Below, piece by piece: positions 27,634-39,090 of a stretch of DNA of 64,000 bases. The DNA is from Nitrospinota bacterium (GTDB lineage: Bacteria; Nitrospinota; Nitrospinia; Nitrospinales; VA-1). Made by a program: the position numbers and the translations under genes. Numbering within the stretch: position 1 is the first letter of the stretch; every line of letters starts with the position of its first letter. The notes under the pieces were generated by a model. The model was not told the DNA's origin and did no database searches. It saw only the letters and a program-made list of their open reading frames with translations. Location: NCBI GenBank assembly GCA_014382285.1, contig JACNKA010000077.1, positions 13,208-77,207 of the forward strand, in the 5' to 3' direction.

Positions 27634-30399
27634 ATGTTCAGCTGGTTCAATAAACAAAAAATCGTCAACAAAATTCAGATCGGGTTTGCCGCTGTTGCCA
27701 TCATCATGGTCAGTATCGTAAGCATTACTATCTGGCAAACCACGGAAGTCAAATCCATTTCCGACAAGGTGGTCGATCTTCGGGTTCCCACGGCACAGTC
27801 GAGTCTGGAGATGTTAAACGGCATCAACCATTCCCTGGCCGCACTTCGAGGTTGGATGATTCTCGGTAAAGACAATTTCAAAGTCGAACGCATGACAGCC
27901 TGGGACACAGAGATCACCCCGGCTCTAAACAAAATGCAGGCGTTTGCCAAAAACTGGACCAACCCAAAAAATGTTGAACGATTGAAAATCATTGAAACCA
28001 AGCTGGGCGAGTTCAAACAGTTCCAGCAGGAAATTGAAGACATCTCCGGAACCGTCGATAATCTGCCGGCCAGCAAGATTTTACTGCAAGATGCGGCACC
28101 CAAGGCGAACATCCTGGTCAGCAATATCACCAAGATCATCAACATTGAAGCCACTCTGCCCGCGACTCCGCAGAGGAAAGCCCTGCTCGGCATGATGGCG
28201 GATGTTCGTGGCACGACAGCGCGAGCACTGGCCAATATCCGCGCTTACCTGCTTTCCGGCGACCCGGTTTTTAAAGAACGGTTTGATACCATGTGGACAA
28301 AAAATCTCAAGCGGTTCGGCGATTTGACGAACAACCAATCCCTTTTAACGCCTGAGCAATTAAAATTATTCAAAGAGTTCAGCGAAGCGCGCGCGGGGTT
28401 TGCGCCTCTTCCTCCAAAGATGTTTGAAATTCGTGGTGGGGAAGAATGGAATGTTGCCAACCGCTGGTTGGGCACCAAGGCCGCGCCCACTGCCTTTGCC
28501 ATCAAGACCCAACTCGATGGCATGGCCAAAAACCAGAAACAGTTATTGGCTACTGACATGACAGACTCCAAAAACCGCTCCGATTCTTTGGTCATCACTC
28601 TCTGGATTCTGCTGGTAGTCGGTATAGGCCTGACTGGCCTGTTCACCAAAATCATCGTTACCGCAGTTAAAGGACCGATTGAGGACGCAGCTCGTGTTCA
28701 GGCCATTGTGGAGAACGCGCCGATCAATATCATGTACGCAGATTCCACAGACTTTAAAGTCAAGTACATGAACCCGGCCTCCTTTAAAACTTTAAAAACC
28801 GTTGAGCAGTATTTACCGGTGCCGGTGGACGATATTATTGGAAAATGTATTGATGTGTTCCATAAAAATCCGCAATATCAGAGAACGCTGTTGTCCGACC
28901 CCAATAACCTTCCGCTGAATTCCCAGTTCATCTTAGGCCCGGAAACACTGGAGGTGGCGGCAGCAGCCATCCGCGATACAGAAGGCACTTATATTGGAGT
29001 GATGGTCAGTTGGACTCTCGCCATCCAGAAATTGGCCCTCGAAAAACGCTCCAACCAGTTGGCTGGTTATGTGGAAAACAATCCCAGCAACATGATGGCG
29101 ACGGATACCGATTTGATCCTACGCTATCTCAACCCGGCCGCACTGGCAACACTCAAGGGTCTTGAAACATATTTACCTGTCAAGGCAGATGATATGGTGG
29201 GCCAGTCGATTGACATATTCCATAAAAACCCGGCGCACCAAAGGAAAATTCTTTCCGACCCCGGCAACCTGCCGCACACGGCATTGATTCAGGTCGGGCC
29301 GGAAATTCTAGAGTTGGCTGTCTCCGCCAATATCGACGCGGAGGGAGAGTACCTCGGACCCATGGTCTCATGGAGCATTGTCACCGAACGAGTAAAAAAT
29401 GAGAAAACCGCCAACGAATCGGCGCAACGTGAGCAGGAATCCGCACAGGTTCTCCAGGGAAAAGTGGACTCCATGCTGGAAGTAGTCGGAGCCGCATCCG
29501 AAGGGGACTTGACCCATGCGGTAACCGTGAATGGCGATGATGCCATTGGGCAGATGGGAGCTGGGCTTTCCAAACTTCTGACCAATTTCAAAAACAATAT
29601 TTCTCAGATCGGCTCTAACGCCGATACGCTTGGCAACTCCTCAGGCAGTCTAACCGATGTCAGTCAGCTCATGGCCGGCAACGCCGAAGAAACTGCGAAT
29701 CAGGCCAATGTCGTTTCGGTGGCCTCTGAAGAAGTCAGTAAAAATGTTCAGACGGTTGCGACAGGCATCGAAGAAATGACTGCCAGCATCAAGGAGATCG
29801 CCCAAAACGCGAACGAAGCGGCAAAGGTTACTCAGGAGGCTGTAACGGCTGCAGAGAAAACCAATGCCACCGTCGTAAAACTTGGCGAGAGTTCGATAGA
29901 AATCGGCGAGGTCATCAAGGTCATCACCTCGATTGCCGAACAAACCAACTTGCTTGCCTTAAATGCCACCATCGAGGCGGCACGTGCAGGAGAAGCAGGA
30001 AAAGGGTTTGCCGTTGTCGCGAACGAAGTCAAAGAACTCGCGAACCAGACCGCCAAGGCCACCGAGGATATCAGCAAAAAGGTTCAGGCCATTCAGGTCG
30101 ACTCTAAAAGCTCGGAAGAGGCGATTAAAAACATCAGCACTATCATTAATCGTATTAATGATATTTCCAATACCATTGCCAGTGCGGTCGAAGAACAAAC
30201 TGCGACCACGAACGAAATTGGCAGGAACATCACCGAAGCCGCAACCGGCACCCAGGAAATCGCACAAAATATCACTGGCGTTGCCACAGCGGCCCAAAGC
30301 ACCTCACAGGGCGCGATCGATACCCAGAACTCCGCTCAGGAGATGTCTGCTATTGCGAGCGAACTGAAAGAACTTGTCGGCATGTTCAAAACAACATGA
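27634..30399 (+). CDS. methyl-accepting chemotaxis protein with large periplasmic helical sensor and two tandem PAS-like domains
   Basis: 921 aa, preceded by AGGAGGAG. It has two TM segments (about aa 15-35 and 320-343) and duplicated 120-aa modules (..[12 protein letters not shown].. / ..[12 protein letters not shown]..). The signalling hairpin is [35 protein letters not shown]. Confidence 0.9.
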   Translation: MFSWFNKQKIVNKIQIGFAAVAIIMVSIVSITIWQTTEVKSISDKVVDLRVPTAQSSLEMLNGINHSLAALRGWMILGKDNFKVERMTAWDTEITPALNKMQAFAKNWTNPKNVERLKIIETKLGEFKQFQQEIEDISGTVDNLPASKILLQDAAPKANILVSNITKIINIEATLPATPQRKALLGMMADVRGTTARALANIRAYLLSGDPVFKERFDTMWTKNLKRFGDLTNNQSLLTPEQLKLFKEFSEARAGFAPLPPKMFEIRGGEEWNVANRWLGTKAAPTAFAIKTQLDGMAKNQKQLLATDMTDSKNRSDSLVITLWILLVVGIGLTGLFTKIIVTAVKGPIEDAARVQAIVENAPINIMYADSTDFKVKYMNPASFKTLKTVEQYLPVPVDDIIGKCIDVFHKNPQYQRTLLSDPNNLPLNSQFILGPETLEVAAAAIRDTEGTYIGVMVSWTLAIQKLALEKRSNQLAGYVENNPSNMMATDTDLILRYLNPAALATLKGLETYLPVKADDMVGQSIDIFHKNPAHQRKILSDPGNLPHTALIQVGPEILELAVSANIDAEGEYLGPMVSWSIVTERVKNEKTANESAQREQESAQVLQGKVDSMLEVVGAASEGDLTHAVTVNGDDAIGQMGAGLSKLLTNFKNNISQIGSNADTLGNSSGSLTDVSQLMAGNAEETANQANVVSVASEEVSKNVQTVATGIEEMTASIKEIAQNANEAAKVTQEAVTAAEKTNATVVKLGESSIEIGEVIKVITSIAEQTNLLALNATIEAARAGEAGKGFAVVANEVKELANQTAKATEDISKKVQAIQVDSKSSEEAIKNISTIINRINDISNTIASAVEEQTATTNEIGRNITEAATGTQEIAQNITGVATAAQSTSQGAIDTQNSAQEMSAIASELKELVGMFKTT

Positions 30400-30420
30400 A
30401 CAACAGGCAAATCCCCCCGG

Positions 30421-30484
30421 CCCCCTTCGTGGAAGGGGGAGCATTAATGGATCCCTCTTTTTCAAAGAGGGGCTGGGGTGATTT
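30421..30484 (-). repeat. composite P-type hairpin + Q-type module
   Basis: The reverse complement of 30442-30484 shares its first 22 nt exactly with 53908-53929 (AAATCACCCCAGCCCCTCTTTG). The adjacent hairpin is CCCCTTC-gtg-GAAGGGG. Confidence 0.8.
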
Positions 30485-30605
30485 ACAACCTCCCATGCAA
30501 TATCCGGGCTAGTGAGCGGCGAGCCTCCGCTCGCAAATTGCAATGTCTTTACCTTATCTGCAATTGGCTTCTCGGCTCAACGAGCTATGCTAATTGCCTC
30601 TCACG

Positions 30606-33600
30606 CTAGTGAGCGCGGAGGAGGTTGCCGATAGTTTTACGATAGTGTTTGCGGACCTGCTGGGTATGGCGATCATAGTCGGCGAGCAAGGCATCTGCCA
30701 GGGTTTCAGCGTCTTCACCTTCGTATCCGAGCAAACGAGCCACAGGTGCCAACTCCTTGTTATCTTTTGGAAGGTTGTTGGTCGGCGTCTGGCGAATGAT
30801 TCGCAGGATGCATTCCAGGTTTCTCAGGAAAAGGTAACTGTCCTGAAGTTCTTCCGCCATGCTCTGATCGACCAAACCAAGAGCTACAAAACTTTGCAGA
30901 GCTGAAAGGGTGTTGGTTTGCCGCAGGCGCGAAAACTTTTTGCCATGCATCAACTGAAGAATCTGCACCGCAAACTCAATATCTGCTAAACCCCCAAACC
31001 CCAGCTTCACATTTTTTCCTTTGGTGGCTTCTTTTGCCAGTTCCTGTTCCATTCTTTCCCGAAGACGTGATATTTCTATGAGCGCCCCATATTCAAGCTT
31101 GTCCTGATAAACAAATTGCTGGGCCGACTCGATGAATTTTTTCCCGACCTCAGCATTGCCCGCCACAAACCGCGCTCGCACCAGAGCTTGTTGCTCCCAG
31201 ATTCTGGCGCGGGATTGAAAATATTTTTCGTATCCCTCGACAGAAAGAACCAACACTCCCGAATCACCCTCAGGCCTGAGTTCAGTATCAATTTTATAGG
31301 CATAACCGGCAAGAGTCATTTCGGAAGTCAGCTTATAGATCAACTGCGACAAAGCTGAATAATAACTGGCAAAACCTTCGGGAGGAGAATCGCTCTCTCC
31401 TTCATCGTAGACCAGCAGGACATCGAGATCTGACCCAAAATTCAATTCATGTCCGCCCAGCTTGCCCATGCCAATGATGCAAAAATTGTGAAGGTCGCAG
31501 AACCCGGTTTTCTTTTCGAGTTCCTGGGAGGCAATTTGATAAACGGTTTCCAGAAAAACATCGGCGAGATTGGAAAGATCCTCCAGCGTTCCGGCAAGGT
31601 CTGCTTCCTTGATCAGGTAGCGTACTCCGATGCGAAGTTCTTCGGCCTGTTTAATATGCCGAAGCACTATAGACCTGGACTCGAAATCAGGAGATTTTTT
31701 TAAAGCCCGGTTTAAGTCTTCCTGCATTTTTTCTGCCAGCTTGAATCGGTAAATGCTATCCATATCAGTCAGCACATCCACCAGATCCGGCCGCTTGATC
31801 AGGATTTGCGACAGCATCTCGCTACTACCAAAAAGGTTGAGCAATAACTCTAAAAAGTTTTCATTTTCCTGGAACAAGTCAAGAAATGATTCCCTGGCCC
31901 CGGTCGCCTCCACAAACCGGCACAGGTTCTCAATCGCCGAGTCTGGCCGGGCAACCTTTCCGCACTGTTGCAATATTTTAGGAATAATACTGTAAAATTC
32001 CTGAATGCTTTGCACGGAAGGATGCGAAAATTGGGCTCCATCACGAAAAGACTCAAGAAACCGATAGGCTCTTTTCGGATCGGGAAGAAATGGGATTTGG
32101 GCCAGCCTGCTTTCAGTAAACTCCTCCTCCCCTGCCCGAGAGCGGTCCCATTCACTTGAAATGGTTTCTGCCGCTTCCCGTTTTTCTTTTTCAGCAAATT
32201 GTTCAGCGAACATTGTTCCCACAAACCGGGTATGGTTTTCATATTCTTTCATCAGGTTATCGGCCAGACTTTTCTGACTGTCCCCCGATGCCCTCATTTT
32301 TCGGGCCAGCACGGCCAGATCAGTTTCATTATTCGGCAAGAGATAGGTTTGCAGACCAAAGGTGATCTGCACACGATTTTCCAGATTCCGCAGAAAGATA
32401 TAAGCCTCACGAAGTTGATCATGGTCTTCTTTATTTATTATATTTTTTTCGTAAAGCGTTTTCATGGCCCCCAGTGAATCTCGAACACGCAGGCTTTTAT
32501 CCCTTCCACCCAGGAGCAACTGATAAGCCTGAATGAAGAACTCCACTTCCCGGATACCTCCGAATCCCAGCTTGATATTTCCTTTCGAGTGTTTTCCTTT
32601 GAGGCTTTTATTGATCTTGTACTTCATCGACTTTATTTCCTCAATGGCCCCAAAGTCCAGACTCCGCCTATAAATAAACGGCTCGATCATTTCGAAGAAT
32701 TCCTTACCCAGGCTTTCACTGCCTGCCGAAACACGAGCCTTGATGAGAGCTTGCCTTTCCCATGTTCTTCCCCAGGACTGGTAATAAATTTCGCAACTAG
32801 CCAGGGAATTCACAATTTCGCCACTTTTCCCTTCCGGTCGAAGCTCAAGATCCACCCTGAACACATTACCATCTGAAGTTATTTCGTTGAGGGACTTTGA
32901 AATTTCCAGCGCCAGCTTGGTGAAGTATTCGTGATTAGAGATGCTTAAGATGGATGGGTCATTTTCAATCGCAGAGCGGGTTTCTCCCTGGCTCGATGAA
33001 TATATATAAATCAGGTCAATGTCGGAGCTGTAATTGAGTTCACAACCTCCCAGTTTACCCATGCCCAAAATAGCAAATTCAGATTCTTTCCAATTCCCAT
33101 CTACATCCTGATAAACAGGGGTTCCATATTTCTTGCGTAATTCCCGGTCGGCATGCTCATAGGCGGCTTGCAGACAAACATCGGCGAGATTGGAAATATC
33201 TTCAACCGTTTCCTTGAACTCGACCTTCCCCAACAGGTCTCGTAGCCCAATCCGTATGTATTCTCTTTTTTTAAATTTTCTCAGAACAGAGAAAATATTC
33301 TTTCCTTGAAATTCTTCCCCGGCCATTTCATAGAAGTCCCGCATCAGCATATCTTTCGATTTGGAATTTGCCAGAGTCCCCGGTTGGCTCAACCAGTCTA
33401 CGTATGACGGTTCCTTGAGCAAAGCATCGGTGAGTATTTGACTACCGGAAAACAAAAAAACCAGGGCTTCAAACAGGGAGGGTGATTCGGTCAGTTGCGT
33501 GTATAAATAATCCTTATCAGAAATTTTCTCCGAAAAACGCTCGAAGTTGTGCAAAGCCATATCCGCATTATGAGAACGGGAAATCAGCTGCAGTAAAACC

Positions 33601-33767
33601 TTGAAAAAATCGGGATATAGTTTTTTAAATTGGGCGTGGCCAGCCATTGCAACAAGATCGTTCCAGGCATTTTTAGGGTCGCGAAGAGCAAAACCCCGCA
33701 AAGACTCAAATAGCGTTTCGTCCCAGGGCTGGCGTTCGTGAATTTGGTAAATCAGTTCTACGGTCAT
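30606..33767 (-). CDS. glnE: bifunctional glutamine synthetase adenylyltransferase / adenylyl-removing enzyme
   Basis: 1053 aa. It has two nucleotidyltransferase cores (GMGKLGGCELNYSSDIDLIY and GMGKLGGHELNFGSDLDVLL). The last codons GCT CAC TAG lie in an R-type repeat. Confidence 0.93.
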   Translation of the reverse strand: MTVELIYQIHERQPWDETLFESLRGFALRDPKNAWNDLVAMAGHAQFKKLYPDFFKVLLQLISRSHNADMALHNFERFSEKISDKDYLYTQLTESPSLFEALVFLFSGSQILTDALLKEPSYVDWLSQPGTLANSKSKDMLMRDFYEMAGEEFQGKNIFSVLRKFKKREYIRIGLRDLLGKVEFKETVEDISNLADVCLQAAYEHADRELRKKYGTPVYQDVDGNWKESEFAILGMGKLGGCELNYSSDIDLIYIYSSSQGETRSAIENDPSILSISNHEYFTKLALEISKSLNEITSDGNVFRVDLELRPEGKSGEIVNSLASCEIYYQSWGRTWERQALIKARVSAGSESLGKEFFEMIEPFIYRRSLDFGAIEEIKSMKYKINKSLKGKHSKGNIKLGFGGIREVEFFIQAYQLLLGGRDKSLRVRDSLGAMKTLYEKNIINKEDHDQLREAYIFLRNLENRVQITFGLQTYLLPNNETDLAVLARKMRASGDSQKSLADNLMKEYENHTRFVGTMFAEQFAEKEKREAAETISSEWDRSRAGEEEFTESRLAQIPFLPDPKRAYRFLESFRDGAQFSHPSVQSIQEFYSIIPKILQQCGKVARPDSAIENLCRFVEATGARESFLDLFQENENFLELLLNLFGSSEMLSQILIKRPDLVDVLTDMDSIYRFKLAEKMQEDLNRALKKSPDFESRSIVLRHIKQAEELRIGVRYLIKEADLAGTLEDLSNLADVFLETVYQIASQELEKKTGFCDLHNFCIIGMGKLGGHELNFGSDLDVLLVYDEGESDSPPEGFASYYSALSQLIYKLTSEMTLAGYAYKIDTELRPEGDSGVLVLSVEGYEKYFQSRARIWEQQALVRARFVAGNAEVGKKFIESAQQFVYQDKLEYGALIEISRLRERMEQELAKEATKGKNVKLGFGGLADIEFAVQILQLMHGKKFSRLRQTNTLSALQSFVALGLVDQSMAEELQDSYLFLRNLECILRIIRQTPTNNLPKDNKELAPVARLLGYEGEDAETLADALLADYDRHTQQVRKHYRKTIGNLLRAH

Positions 33768-33825
33768 AAAAATATTTTTATAGTGGCTCGGATTTTCACC
33801 GTTATACCTGCTTAATCTATCACAT

Positions 33826-33860
33826 AAAAAAACCCCCTGGGAGAACCCAGGGGGTTTTAA
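33826..33860 (-). terminator. intrinsic terminator after glnA
   Basis: On the minus strand, AAAACCCCCTGGG-ttct-CCCAGGGGGTTTT is followed by a T-run, 20-55 nt after the glnA stop. Confidence 0.7.
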
Positions 33861-33881
33861 ATTACGAGTTTTTATCTGAAA

Positions 33882-35294
33882 TCAGCAATCGTAATACATT
33901 TCGAATTCCAGCGGATGCGGCCGTAAACGTAGAGGAGCAATTTCATTCTCACGTTTATATTCGATCCAGGTTTCGATCAGATCCTGAGTGAACACATCGC
34001 CCTTGAGAAGAAACTCATGATCTTCCTCCAGAGCCTGAAGTGCCTGATCCAAAGAGTGCGGCAAGGTGGGAATATTCGCCAACTCTTCCGGCCCGAGGGA
34101 GTAAATATTTTTATCCAACGGCTCACCAGGATCAATTTTATTTTCAATACCATCCAGTCCGGCCATGAGCATTACAGAAAAAGCCAGATAACCATTACAG
34201 GAAGGATCGGGATAACGCAGTTCCAATCGTTTCGCTTTGGGACTGGGCGAATACATGGGGATTCGGATAGATGCGCTCCGATTCCTGCTTGAATAGGCCA
34301 GATTGACCGGGGCTTCATAGCCCGGCACCAGACGTTTGTAGGAGTTAGTCGTCGGTGCTGCAAAAGCACAAATCGCCCGGGAGTGTTTCAAGATACCACC
34401 AATGTAGTGCATACCCATTTCGCTGAAACCCGCATAGCCGTTCCCGGCAAACAAGGGCTTGCCATCTTTCCAAATGCTCTGATGAACATGCATCCCGGTT
34501 CCGTTATCGCCGTACATAGGCTTGGGCATAAAAGTCGCCGTTTTATTGTGTGCTCGGGCAACATTTTTAACGATATATTTGTACCACATCAGGCTGTCAG
34601 CACATTTAACCAGTGGAGCAAACCGCATAGCGAGTTCATTTTGCCCGCCGGTTGCGACTTCGTGATGGTGACACTCCATGCTGATACCAACCTGCTCCAT
34701 GGTCAACATCATTTCAGAGCGGATATCCTGAAAAGTATCGTTGGGAGCAACCGGGAAATAACCTTCTTTATGTCTAGGCTTGTGGCCCAGGTTAGGGCCT
34801 TCATCCCGGCCGGTGTTCCAGTTTCCTTCCACAGAGTCAATCGAATAAAATGATTCATTCGTGGTGGAATCGTATTGAATATTGTCGAAAATGAAAAATT
34901 CCGCTTCTGGCCCAAAATAAGCGGTGTCACCAATGCCGGTGGACTTGAGATAGGCCTCCGCTTTCTGAGCGATATTGCGAGGATCACGAGCATATTTTTC
35001 CTTGGTGATCGGGTCCACAATATTACCGATCATACTGACCGTTGGAACCTTCATAAATGGGTCCATAACAGTGGTGGTCGGGTCGGGAATGACTATCATG
35101 TCACTGGCGTTAATGGCCTGCCAGCCACGAATGCTGGAGCCATCGAAACCCAGGCCTTCTTGAAACAAATGCTCTTCCAGCTCACTCATGGGCACAGAAA
35201 AATGCTGCCAGGATCCAAGCAGATCCATGAATTTTATATCTACAATTCGAGCATTATTCTTTTTTGCGAAATCCACTGCCTCTTTGGGGGTCAT
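33882..35294 (-). CDS. glnA: glutamine synthetase type I
   Basis: 470 aa of canonical GSI sequence. The adenylylation-loop tyrosine context [10 protein letters not shown] is present. Confidence 0.97.
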   Translation of the reverse strand: MTPKEAVDFAKKNNARIVDIKFMDLLGSWQHFSVPMSELEEHLFQEGLGFDGSSIRGWQAINASDMIVIPDPTTTVMDPFMKVPTVSMIGNIVDPITKEKYARDPRNIAQKAEAYLKSTGIGDTAYFGPEAEFFIFDNIQYDSTTNESFYSIDSVEGNWNTGRDEGPNLGHKPRHKEGYFPVAPNDTFQDIRSEMMLTMEQVGISMECHHHEVATGGQNELAMRFAPLVKCADSLMWYKYIVKNVARAHNKTATFMPKPMYGDNGTGMHVHQSIWKDGKPLFAGNGYAGFSEMGMHYIGGILKHSRAICAFAAPTTNSYKRLVPGYEAPVNLAYSSRNRSASIRIPMYSPSPKAKRLELRYPDPSCNGYLAFSVMLMAGLDGIENKIDPGEPLDKNIYSLGPEELANIPTLPHSLDQALQALEEDHEFLLKGDVFTQDLIETWIEYKRENEIAPLRLRPHPLEFEMYYDC

Positions 35295-35473
35295 TAAAGT
35301 ATCTCCTGCAAAAAATAGTTAAGGGTTAGATTCATAAAAATAAGACGCAAAAAAACCAGAGCCGTCGTTATCGGCCCTGCTTTAAATTCAATATCCAGCA
35401 ACCCCAAAAATGGGGACTATATATTTATCGGGCCAAGAATGGAAATGGGTCTATTATTTACAGAAGACTCGAA

Positions 35474-35836
<363 letters not shown>

Positions 35837-36123
35837 TCACAAAATATCCGGGCTGGTGGACAGCTTTCCTTGTGGCCGAAATCTTTGCCAAGTCATAACG
35901 ATTTCTTTCAGGAAACCTCCTAACCGGTTACTGCAATTAATTCAATATTCATGCCAATGAGAAATTATACGGCCTCTTGGCAGATTCTGCAAAAAGTCTA
36001 TAAATTTAAAGGGGTTCACAACACGGCGAACTATATCACAACCGATGAGCAAATTCAAACGCAGATAGATGCACCAATTTGAGGCAACGGGAGGTCTGAA
36101 ATGTTTATTTTTAAAGCATTTTT

Positions 36124-36768
36124 TCAGTGCTCATCGCAGACTTGGGTTATGCGATTGAGGGTATTTTCCAACTCCAATCGCTTTTCCTCAATGCTTTGCT
36201 CCGATGATTTGCGAGCGAGAGTGATGGGCGATGAGAAGTTAAGTGCGCAACGGGTGAAAGGCATGGGGATGACAAATCGGTCCCAGCTATTCAAGACCAT
36301 TTTATTTTTAGACCCAAAGGTCATCGCAAAAACAGGCACTCCGGTTATTCCCGCCAATTGCACTGAGCCCGACTGAGCTACACATCTCGGCCCACGGGAA
36401 CCATCTGCAATAATTATAATTCGCTGGTTCCTGCGCAGGACTTTAATCAGGGATCGGGCTGCCGGTACAGCTTTTTTATATGTAGACCCGCGTATTACGG
36501 AATAACCCATTAAGCTTGCAAGCCGGGCCAGAAGATCGCCATCCTCACTAGGACTGATCAATAAAAAATAATCTGGGTGTCGGCGAAGATAATAAAACAG
36601 GTAAAAGATTCTGCCATGCCACAAGGTGAGAATATAGGGGCCGGTCAGATTCTTAAAGTGGTTTTCTTCTTCCTCATTCAGGTTTTTTGAGCGCAGAGTC
36701 AGGCACCAGAGATAAATCAGCCCAAAAAGAAGGTACGGGAGTACGTGATTAAACAGGAGTTTTTTCAT
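36124..36768 (-). CDS. DUF374 lysophospholipid acyltransferase-family protein
   Basis: 214 aa with an N-terminal TM and LTLWHGRIF....IADGSRGP blocks. It overlaps the lpxB 3' end by 20 nt. Confidence 0.78.
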   Translation of the reverse strand: MKKLLFNHVLPYLLFGLIYLWCLTLRSKNLNEEEENHFKNLTGPYILTLWHGRIFYLFYYLRRHPDYFLLISPSEDGDLLARLASLMGYSVIRGSTYKKAVPAARSLIKVLRRNQRIIIIADGSRGPRCVAQSGSVQLAGITGVPVFAMTFGSKNKMVLNSWDRFVIPMPFTRCALNFSSPITLARKSSEQSIEEKRLELENTLNRITQVCDEH

Positions 36769-37921
36769 TGACGCTCAATTTATCCATAAAATCAGCAATG
36801 CGTTTCGCGATGACTTTCATGACTCCGGGTTCCCCCAGAGTACTTTTGATTTTAAGGAGACGCTCGCGAATAGCCTGTTCCTTTTCAGGAGCCCGCACAA
36901 CCGCAAGCACCTCCGCAGAGATATTTTCTGCGGTCACTTTGTTCTGTATCAGCTCGGGCACCACCTCTTCCTCCGCTACAATATTCACCAGACCTACCAA
37001 TGGAGCATCGACCAACAACTGCGCCAACAAGTAGGTCAAAGGATTCAACTTGTAGATGATGACCATGGGGCATCCAAGAATTCCCGCTTCCAGAGTGGCA
37101 GAACCCGATGCAATGATCAACATGTCACAACTATTCATCACATCATAAGGCTCTCCTTCAACCAACTGGATGCCAAGCGGGTTGGTCCCCAGACGTTGGC
37201 GAATCAGATCGGGATCAATGGAGTCGGCAACAGGGAGAAGAAACTGACAAGAGCCCAGTTCACTATGGATTTTTTCTGCCGCCTGAACCATCACGTCCAG
37301 AAGAGAGTTGACCTCGTTCATCCTGCTTCCGGGTAGAAGACCGATGGTCTTGACCTTGGGATTCAAGGAATATTTTAGCCGACTTTCTTCACGAGTTCGA
37401 CTGGGGTGGACCATATCCACAAACGGATGCCCTGAAAACTCCGCATCCACTCCGGCATCCAAATATAGCTTTTCTTCAAACGGAAGAATGACGAACATTT
37501 TACTCACAGACTCTCGGATATCCTGAATTCTTCCCTTCCGCCAAGCCCAAATTTGAGGACTGATGAAAAAGAAGACCGGACAATCAAAACGCCGCCCCTG
37601 TTTTGCTAATCTAAGATTTAATGTAGGATAGTCTATAAGAATCACCGCATCATAACGGCGCGAGGCGATTTCCTTCATCAATGTTCGATAGACCTTGTAA
37701 TAATGACCAAAGTCTCCCAGAACCTCCACTATCCCAACCGCGCCCATACGCTCAATACCAAAGAGAGTATCCACGCCAGCCTCTCGCATTTTGGCACCGC
37801 CCATCCCAGTGAATCGTACCCCGGGTAAACGGTCTTTTAATGCGGATACCAGCTTAGAGCCATGCAGGTCTCCAGATGCCTCGCCAGCAATAATTAAATA
37901 ATGCGGATGTTTATTTTTCAT
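36749..37921 (-). CDS. lpxB: lipid-A-disaccharide synthase
   Basis: 390 aa. IIAGEASGDLHGSKLVSAL is the N-terminus typical of GT19 LpxB. Confidence 0.92.
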   Translation of the reverse strand: MKNKHPHYLIIAGEASGDLHGSKLVSALKDRLPGVRFTGMGGAKMREAGVDTLFGIERMGAVGIVEVLGDFGHYYKVYRTLMKEIASRRYDAVILIDYPTLNLRLAKQGRRFDCPVFFFISPQIWAWRKGRIQDIRESVSKMFVILPFEEKLYLDAGVDAEFSGHPFVDMVHPSRTREESRLKYSLNPKVKTIGLLPGSRMNEVNSLLDVMVQAAEKIHSELGSCQFLLPVADSIDPDLIRQRLGTNPLGIQLVEGEPYDVMNSCDMLIIASGSATLEAGILGCPMVIIYKLNPLTYLLAQLLVDAPLVGLVNIVAEEEVVPELIQNKVTAENISAEVLAVVRAPEKEQAIRERLLKIKSTLGEPGVMKVIAKRIADFMDKLSVNEKTPV

Positions 37922-38030
37922 CTAAAGCCAAATTTTTCTAGCCTGCGGAATGTTTAGCCCCCTCCTTGACAGAGACCTTTGCATAACTCGTCAATTGCTG
38001 GCTCCATACGACCGAATAACAAAAACCACT

Positions 38031-38168
38031 ATATTCGTCGTCGCGAGCGACTGAAAGGAGCGTGGCGATCCAGGTGTTTGTTTTGCGCGACCTAGAACCT
38101 GGATTGCTTCGTCACTATCGCTCCTCGCAAAGACGACTTACGCAAAGCTCTCCCTGATAAGGGAGGGG
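38031..38168. repeat. long imperfect inverted repeat (S-type arms) plus P-type hairpin, inserted between lpxI and lpxB
   Basis: The left arm GTCGTCGCGAGCGACTGAAAGGAGCGTGGCGATCCAGG (38037-38073) pairs with the right arm CCTGGATTGCTTCGTCACTATCGCTCCTCGCAAAGACGAC (38098-38137). CTCCCTGATAAGGGAGGGG follows. The S arm resembles GGTTGCTTCGCTACGCTCGTAATGAC at 53868-53893. Confidence 0.75.
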
Positions 38169-38186
38169 TGTTCGTTGGCCCTACGC

Positions 38187-38993
38187 TTAGTAGCAGGCCA
38201 CAGCAATTTTCGCCTCATTAGCCAGTTCAACAACTTTCTCCTGTTCCACCACCATAACCCGCTCTGCCTCCAATGCCAGAACCGACCCTTCGTTCAACAT
38301 ACGAATGGTTTGCGGACCTATGCCGGGACTATCATAGCGATAATCCTGATTGGTCCTGCTGACTTTGATCACCACACATTTTCCCTGAGCCAGATCACAC
38401 CCTCTTTGAATAGCCCGATCCGTTCCTTCCAAAGCTTCAACAGCCACCACCGTTTTGTTTCTCACAATGAGAGTCTGACCAATTTCCATATCCGCCAATT
38501 TTCGGGCAATGGGCAGTCCAAATTCAATGTCTGCCAACTCCTGCCTGGTCGGTTCTCTGCGAGCCAGGTTTCCTTTTCGAGGAAAAATATCCGACAAAAA
38601 TTCTTTTTGGCTCAAGACGTTAAAACCTTCTTTTTCAAGTTCGCCAATCATTCCCAACAGCAAAACCTTATCTTCATGCGTTACTATGTTTTTTAAAAAC
38701 TTGAGAGCTTTGAGATCGAATCTCTGCAATTTAAAAACAATACTTTTATCAACCTTACCCAGAATCAACAAATCCTTCACATGGTTCTTTTGAAACGTCG
38801 CAAGAATTTTTCCCGCCTGGCCGACTCCGATAGAATAACTCTTCTCCGAAAAGGGTGTCAGACCGTTTTGGATTTCATCCGAAAAACCAACGCTGATAAT
38901 TTTTATCCCCAACTGGCTGGCTTTGCGCGCAAAATATATGGGCACTTCTCCCGATCCTGCGATAAGACCTATTTTGTGATGGGTGTCATCCAT
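38187..38993 (-). CDS. lpxI: UDP-2,3-diacylglucosamine pyrophosphatase LpxI (DUF1009)
   Basis: I chose the start at ATG 38993 (MDDTHHKIGLIAGSGEVPIYFA...), which matches the LpxI N-terminus. The track ORF extends to a TTG at 39059. It sits between lpxA and lpxB. Confidence 0.8.
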   Translation of the reverse strand: MDDTHHKIGLIAGSGEVPIYFARKASQLGIKIISVGFSDEIQNGLTPFSEKSYSIGVGQAGKILATFQKNHVKDLLILGKVDKSIVFKLQRFDLKALKFLKNIVTHEDKVLLLGMIGELEKEGFNVLSQKEFLSDIFPRKGNLARREPTRQELADIEFGLPIARKLADMEIGQTLIVRNKTVVAVEALEGTDRAIQRGCDLAQGKCVVIKVSRTNQDYRYDSPGIGPQTIRMLNEGSVLALEAERVMVVEQEKVVELANEAKIAVACY

Positions 38994-39090
38994 AATGATG
39001 GGCAAAAAAGAAGATTCCAAGAAGGAGTGCCTGGTTCTACACTGGGGCAATTTACGCAAATACGCTGCGATATCTGTACAGGACGCGAAA

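Noticed and set aside
35960-36000. Sigma-54-like element CTTGGCAGATTCTGCAAAA near glnB, and other TGGCA motifs in the glnB and glnA upstream regions.
   Set aside because: The GG-to-GC spacing is 8 nt rather than 10. The motif is on the plus strand, pointing away from the minus-strand gln genes. I saw no convincing -24/-12 promoter or NtrC site.
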